Shown piece after piece: positions 62,528-64,000 of a DNA stretch of 64,000 nt. The notes under the pieces were generated by a model that saw only the letters and a program-made list of their open reading frames with translations, did not search any database and was not told where the DNA came from. This DNA comes from Octopus bimaculoides (lineage: Eukaryota). Location: the NCBI RefSeq assembly GCF_001194135.2, contig NC_068982.1, positions 47,420,495-47,484,494 of the forward strand, written 5' to 3'. A program made the position numbers and the translations under genes. Each line of letters opens with the position of its first letter. The stretch's first letter is position 1.

Positions 62528-63112
62528 CTCAACTTATAGTCAAACTTAAATTAGTAAAACTTCCTTTGTATAATGTAAAACTTTCCTTGTACAATACCAC
62601 TTATAGTTTATAAAAGAAAATGTTCGAACTTTTTGTGAAACTAGTAAGAGAGAATATTTTCGTTATTTAGTTCATTTTATAGCGCTGCGTCAAAAAAAAA
62701 ACTTAAAGAAAAAGGAAAAATAGTTAAAGCAAGTAACCTCACTCACTAATGTTTTCAAAAACAAATTAAAACCTACAGACTAAGGTAGTTTCTTTTTTGT
62801 TAAAAATATATAATAAAAAAAAACCTAAAAAAACTCCATGAATTCGAACCAAGAATCTGTCAATTCAATGAAATGTGATGGAGTGTTTTACCCCTACCAC
62901 CACCGTCGTCACTTCTAAGTTACTTCATCTACCTCGTTTGAACGGAATAAAATATGTGATAACAGAGTCAAAACTCTTCTTCTTACCTTATTTTTTGCAT
63001 ACTCCTCAAGTGTTTTTAAAGCAGAATCAGTAAGTTTCAAATGAATGATTGTTTTGTCGCCTTCATTGCGGGAAGACAATCCATATTGTTGTCTTTCCTC
63101 CAACGCGGCCAT
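1157..63112 (-). CDS. ELL: RNA polymerase II elongation factor ELL (ELL/ELL2 family), 12 coding exons, 578 aa
   Basis: Join (minus strand) 63112-62987, 20533-20489, 11309-11197, 10475-10350, 8769-8440, 7994-7924, 7223-7064, 3830-3719, 3554-3287, 2438-2387, 2278-2107, 1318-1157 = 1737 nt. All introns are GT-AG and phases match. Recognised ELL motifs: LKLTDSALK, GSFDC, DRIIHLLALRPYNKAELLLRLKKDG, WPYYSDGERQLVRR, QRQEYKNDFN, LHRKLRHIKKLVSDYD. Confidence 0.95.
2107..2278 (-). CDS. ELL: ELL exon 11 (KYSVICRDSQRQEYKNDFNVDY...KGSPDYE)
   Basis: tttctttcag acceptor, GAG|gtaaaa donor, 172 nt; occludin/ELL domain motif. Confidence 0.93.
2387..2438 (-). CDS. ELL: ELL exon 10 (IPSPSSSPDNDTSNYL)
   Basis: ttattattttag acceptor, AA|gtaagt donor, 52 nt; links phase 1 to phase 2. 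Confidence 0.85.
3287..3554 (-). CDS. ELL: ELL exon 9 (KRMPDSSAVDGNFHPPKKLRVS...SKNE), includes a basic NLS-like patch
   Basis: cattcttcag acceptor, G|gtatgt donor, 268 nt; PPKKLRVS resembles the KKPRIS motif of ELL. Confidence 0.9.
3719..3830 (-). CDS. ELL: ELL exon 8 (RIATDGRSASNSPEESSPHH...NNLQ)
   Basis: ttttatctttatcag acceptor, CAA|gttagt donor, 112 nt; links phase 2 to phase 0. Confidence 0.85.
4441..4654 (+). mobile_element. piggyBac-type non-autonomous MITE, family 1 (TTAA-CCCTTTAGCATT...AATGCTAAAGGG-TTAA)
   Basis: Starts CCCTTTAGCATTCAGATT and ends TTTAAATGCTAAA; internal sequence shared with other copies. Confidence 0.75.
5970..6670 (+). mobile_element. Decayed 3' end of an RLE-endonuclease non-LTR retrotransposon (HERO-like, R2 superfamily)
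   Basis: Translation RVFPAQSEWRILQSIGMRRKEQRVVVCKMGEATERASYWLWNKK (~6390-6520) fits the GFxxQS...AERASxWLW C-terminus of HERO-type ORFs; outer boundaries approximate. Confidence 0.6.
6790..6950 (+). mobile_element. LINE/SINE 3' tail ending in (GAT)n; related copies at ~19970-20140(+), 34170-34320(-), 40375-40600(+), 43155-43330(-)
   Basis: gaagggcatccagctgtagaaaccatgccaaa...ccatccaactcatgccagaatggac.atgaacgttaaataataatgatgat. Confidence 0.7.
7064..7223 (-). CDS. ELL: ELL exon 7 (GILDKDKECL...EWPYYSDGERQLVR)
   Basis: aatttcag acceptor, AG|gtaagt donor, 160 nt; WPxYS-x-x-E/D-x-QL motif. Confidence 0.93.
7924..7994 (-). CDS. ELL: ELL exon 6 (DRIIHLLALRPYNKAELLLRLKK)
   Basis: Highly conserved ELL motif; aatttcag acceptor, G|gtacaa donor, 71 nt. 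Confidence 0.94.
8440..8769 (-). CDS. ELL: ELL exon 5 (TKEIKPTGSFMRHIYKK...His/Ser-rich...DEPY)
   Basis: ttttttctgctccag acceptor, CG|gttagt donor, 330 nt, phase 2-2; completes C-TKEIKP and PY-R-DR across the junctions. Confidence 0.92.
8885..9066 (-). mobile_element. piggyBac-type MITE family 1, reverse copy
   Basis: Ends TAATCTGAATGCTAAAG; internal gattaattcaaaacaa...ttacatttgac is the reverse complement of the family body. Confidence 0.7.
10350..10475 (-). CDS. ELL: ELL exon 4 (FGSHITSLGCMTQRIVVQASDDVYKTTKERMTLAEEESKKV)
   Basis: tttcataccctatag acceptor, TG|gtgagt donor, 126 nt; A-x-DD-x-Y...AEEE motif. Confidence 0.93.
11197..11309 (-). CDS. ELL: ELL exon 3 (SIQIPSLRGENRTFQFSLSSIQGDLNGSFDCLEQSTS)
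   Basis: tttcattacag acceptor, AG|gtgagt donor, 113 nt; RTFxF...GSFDC motif. Confidence 0.93.
12930..13140 (+). mobile_element. piggyBac-type MITE family 1, degraded ends
   Basis: attcagatt...gcttatttattcacattgttttgaa...agatctgg...aacaggtagaatattt body. Confidence 0.65.
13572..13625. repeat. (TA)n microsatellite; others at ~21383 (CA), 22488 (GA), 26655 (TG), 45182 (TG), 47711 poly(A), 55775 (TA/CA), 60693 (TA), 62468 (TA)
   Basis: Read directly from sequence. Confidence 0.9.
14609..14671 (-). other. Candidate 18-nt microexon (14626-14609) or ATG-containing alternative exon (14671-14609), phase 0
   Basis: Consensus donor CTG|gtaagt; tgctgctgctgctatatattcag acceptor; upstream in-frame ATG gives MKKQLLKLLLLLYIQLSKHIL. 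Confidence 0.3.
15115..15335 (+). repeat. Dispersed repeat, also present at ~1605-1815
   Basis: Shared ttattctaaatgtc...caagtaaacaat.ccca.c.aatgaatc.tatt.aatttgcttt...cagtccttgcat...ctttcataaataa.gccaagaca. Confidence 0.7.
15380..15557 (+). mobile_element. piggyBac-type MITE family 1, internally deleted
   Basis: TTAA-CCCTTTAGCATTCAG...TTTAAATGCTAAA. Confidence 0.75.
16215..16495 (-). mobile_element. Two tandem partial MITE family 1 copies joined at one TTAA (16324-16327)
   Basis: ...aatctgaatgccaaaGGG-TTAA followed directly by a second copy ending gaatgctaaagaattaa. Confidence 0.65.
17460..17888 (-). other. Candidate 429-nt stop-containing cassette (poison) exon in ELL intron 2
   Basis: Branch-like CTAAT, then tgtgctgtttcttccag acceptor; CAG|gtataa donor; first in-frame TGA at codon 26; more GC-rich than flanking intron and unlike any repeat seen in the window. 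Confidence 0.45.
20489..20533 (-). CDS. ELL: ELL exon 2 (DVHRKANIKFQNNSG), 45 nt
   Basis: cctttatttttcag acceptor, GGG|gtaagt donor, phase 0-0; corresponds to the short I-x-FQ-x-x-x-G exon 2 of vertebrate ELL. Confidence 0.88.
29131..29388 (+). mobile_element. tRNA-derived SINE containing a decayed hammerhead-ribozyme-like motif
   Basis: A box TGGTGTAGTGA (29138-48), B box GAGTTCGATTCC (29181-92), (AAT/AAC)n spacer, GACAC-CTGAAGA-A-GGCTG-loop-CAGTC-AAAAT-GTGTT (29280-29322). Confidence 0.65.
30921..31138 (+). mobile_element. piggyBac-type MITE family 2 with intact TTAA target duplications
   Basis: TTAA(30917-20)-CCCTTTCGTTAC...GTATCAAAAGGG-TTAA(31139-42). Confidence 0.8.
31396..31530. repeat. 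Exact 66-nt tandem duplication
   Basis: aaattactatttcag...gaggccttc starts at 31396 and again at 31462. Confidence 0.9.
32684..32985. repeat. Foldback (long inverted repeat) element nested in a MITE family 2-like copy
   Basis: Arms cagtagta...ggagca (to 32810) and tgctcc...tactactg (from 32829) are complementary around an 18-nt loop. Confidence 0.8.
34905..35120 (-). mobile_element. piggyBac-type MITE family 1
   Basis: ccatatctggg...agatctagcctctcacacctaccctacaatgtca...ctgaatgctaaagg. Confidence 0.7.
35770..36125 (+). mobile_element. tRNA-headed SINE, near full length, CpG-decayed
   Basis: Head gtgtggtt..aagcttacttcc...gagcaagtgtcttctactatagc, body gtggatttggcagacagaaac, tail gactaaaccc.tcaagg...ccagcatgg...ctgaaacaagtaaaa. 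Confidence 0.75.
36937..37131 (-). mobile_element. piggyBac-type MITE family 1 with both termini
   Basis: CTAA-CCCTTTAGCATTTAAA...GTTAAAGGG-TTAA. Confidence 0.8.
38690..39080 (-). mobile_element. Composite SINE fragments
   Basis: SINE head reverse complement at 38690-38770, then a second SINE body (aacagcctgcttgtgaaattaatgtg...gtgacaaggctgg...ttgtcttgctcaa). Confidence 0.6.
39152..39374. other. Assembly gap (223 N) between (TA)n and (AG)n
   Basis: Run of N. Confidence 0.99.
39465..39673 (+). mobile_element. piggyBac-type MITE family 1
   Basis: CTAA-CCCTTTAGC...AATGCTAAAAGG-TTAA. Confidence 0.75.
41056..41155. other. Assembly gap (100 N, probably unsized)
   Basis: Run of N. Confidence 0.99.
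41932..42100 (+). mobile_element. piggyBac-type MITE family 1
   Basis: TCAA-CCCTTTAGCATTCAG...AATGCTAAAGGG-TTAA. Confidence 0.8.
42696..42915 (+). mobile_element. piggyBac-type MITE family 1
   Basis: CTTTAGCATTCAGATT...AAATGCTAAAGGG-TTAA. Confidence 0.8.
43450..43690 (-). mobile_element. RTE-clade LINE fragment (endonuclease region)
   Basis: Frameshifted RYKFFWI...GGVGMLLAEKW and WWWNS peptides typical of RTE ORFs. Confidence 0.55.
46788..46992 (+). mobile_element. piggyBac-type MITE family 1
   Basis: TTAG-CCCTTTAGCATTCAGATT...CTAAAGAG-TTAA. Confidence 0.78.
47838..48120 (+). mobile_element. tRNA-headed SINE, same family; further partial copies at ~1480-1590(-), 19495-19650(+), 22560-22635(+), 24185-24345(-), 28735-28850(-), 41255-41400(+)
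   Basis: gtgtggtaagaagtttgcttcctaaccac...ggcaccttggg...accaaagccttgtgagtggatttggtag. Confidence 0.75.
48530..49850 (-). mobile_element. Decayed hAT (Charlie/SPIN, GTF2IRD2-like) transposase relic
   Basis: Interrupted peptides IHCV, HFQQLLFNTEVECGDLVYFSNVGWLS*RSILDRVF, DSDWLATLAFFM and KMRHAKT...NVLMLT; many stops and frameshifts. Confidence 0.65.
50255..50472 (-). mobile_element. piggyBac-type MITE family 1, the copy nearest the gene 5' end
   Basis: CCTTTGGCATTTAAACCAGCCATATCTGG...AATCTGAATGCAAAAAAGG-TTAA. Confidence 0.75.
50506..50531 (+). promoter_or_regulatory. CTCF-like motif with an adjacent CCAAT box at the CpG-density boundary
   Basis: cgtCTAGGGGGCGa (50518-50531) versus the CCACTAGGGGGCGC consensus: the 10-nt core matches, flanks deviate; CCAAT at 50506-50510. 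Confidence 0.4.
53085..53400 (-). mobile_element. SINE of the same family, 5'-truncated, CpGs retained
   Basis: Reverse complement reads ctatagcctcgggccgaccaaagccttgtgaatggatttggtagacggaaactgaaagaagcccgtcg...ccagcatg...aacaagtaagagata. Confidence 0.75.
53541..53762 (+). mobile_element. Third CCCTTT-ended MITE-like element
   Basis: ATAA-CCCTTTTACTAC...GCAGTGAAAGGA-TTAA; imperfect terminal inverted repeats. Confidence 0.45.
54187..54320. repeat. Inverted pair of SINE tails forming a ~53-bp hairpin
   Basis: 54187-54240 pairs with 54268-54320 with about 4 mismatches. Confidence 0.85.
56245..56385 (+). mobile_element. SINE fragment; related copy at ~32440-32575
   Basis: ggcacaaggcccgaaattt...ctggtactta...atcgatccctgaaaggatgaaag...ggtggaatttgaactca. 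Confidence 0.6.
56953..57408. repeat. Large near-perfect palindromic element flanked by and centred on (TA)n
   Basis: 56953-57144 is the reverse complement of 57200-57408 with ~5 substitutions and one 6-vs-22-nt internal loop. Confidence 0.9.
58490..58890. repeat. ~36-nt minisatellite (catacattatatacatatgtacactatatatataca)n next to a (TA)n run
   Basis: 12-aa period (YTHTLYTYVHYI) in the spurious ORF translations; about 6 clean units plus degenerate ones. Confidence 0.85.
59940..60240 (+). mobile_element. Possible R4/Dong-like LINE fragment
   Basis: Interrupted ...ENRLYVSN... resembles the QNRLFxxNQ motif upstream of the RT domain; heavily decayed. Confidence 0.25.
62987..63112 (-). CDS. ELL: ELL exon 1 CDS (MAALEERQQYGLSSRNEGDKTIIHLKLTDSALKTLEEYAKNK)
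   Basis: caaaaATGG start context, AAG|gtaaga donor, 126 nt; MAAL...YGLS...KLTDSAL N-terminal motif of ELL. Confidence 0.94.
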
Positions 63113-63260
63113 TTTTGCTATGTTTTACCTTTAACCTCGCTTTGCAGCAGCAGCAGCAGCTTGCTTGAAGCGACCAATCAGCAAACATCAGATGACCGTT
63201 GACCTCGTTGATGATGAAAGCAGATGAATAATTCTGATTGACCAATCAACAACTTCGTTA
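63113..63260 (-). promoter_or_regulatory. ELL 5' UTR and proximal promoter with two CCAAT (NF-Y-type) boxes
   Basis: gaCCAATca at 63174-63178 and 63242-63246; (GCT)n tract in the likely 5' UTR; CpG-containing region directly upstream of the ATG. The TSS itself is not determinable from sequence. Confidence 0.55.
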
Positions 63261-64000
63261 CACAAAAATTCGTCGTTGCAAAATTGTTTTCTTCTTTCTA
63301 TCTCCTATCTGTCTTGTTTAGGCTTCAATAGTTTCTTATTTTAATTTTCATGCCTGAGAACGAGGAGCTTAAATTTGTCAAATACAATAGAGCAACGAAC
63401 AATGAATCTTTGTTGTGTTTAGTCAAGTTGGAAAATTTTAGATATATTCCCTGATCGTATCCTGTTTAGTTCGATTTTATTTCATTCATCTGGGATCGAT
63501 AAAATAAGTACAGAAATATTCCAGAATTGACAAAGAAATAGTTTTGTAGTTTTCTACTTATACTAAAAATAACTTCTATGCCATTGAAATATATATATAA
63601 ATACATTTATAGATAAATTTATTTTGAGCTACAATACATCGGATATATGACATATGGGGTGGAAGAGATGTGATTGTTCATTTAATTACAAGAAAATTTA
63701 AAGAACGACACATAGGAAGTAAAATAACTTCAACCGAAAATTCAATTTCAGTTGCCTGTCGAAGATATATTGAAAATTAAAATGGACCAATTACTAAGTA
63801 TTAGAAAGTAATTGTTGATTTCTAACTTCCACAATAAGACCAGCTTTTTGTTTAATTAATGTATCATATTTTAGTGTGGGATATTTTATCTGTAGACCAT
63901 TAAATCAATTTGGAATATTATTGGGAAGTATGTATCACGTTATACAGAAATACCTACTTTCTTTTTTACAATATATATATATATATATATATATTAATTA

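Noticed and set aside
1-64000. CRISPR arrays, rRNA genes, intact autonomous transposons or a second host gene
   Set aside because: No repeat-spacer arrays, no rRNA-like sequence, and no long uninterrupted ORF other than the ELL exons.

Overview
AT-rich, microsatellite- and SINE/MITE-rich animal genomic DNA. The repeat content suggests a coleoid cephalopod, probably Octopus (inference). The window is almost entirely one minus-strand gene, the RNA polymerase II elongation factor ELL. I traced 12 GT-AG coding exons by hand from the ATG at 63112 to the TAA at 1157 (1737 nt, 578 aa, all phases consistent). The protein has an N-terminal ELL domain and a C-terminal occludin/ELL domain. Intron 1 is 42.5 kb and intron 2 is 9.2 kb, flanking a 45-nt exon 2. 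The introns hold ~14 copies of a TTAA-flanked piggyBac-type MITE, several SINE families and relics of HERO-like, RTE-like and hAT elements. There are two assembly gaps. The most notable unexplained features are: (1) a 429-nt stop-rich cassette in intron 2 whose strong acceptor is followed by AAG|GTAGGT (candidate poison exon or recursive splice site); (2) a candidate in-frame 18-nt microexon or alternative ATG exon; (3) a sharp CpG-depleted to CpG-retaining switch near 50.5 kb with a CTCF-like motif on it; (4) long foldback hairpins, one with ~185 paired bases; (5) a tRNA-headed SINE carrying a decayed hammerhead ribozyme. No prokaryotic features, CRISPR arrays or rRNA genes were seen.
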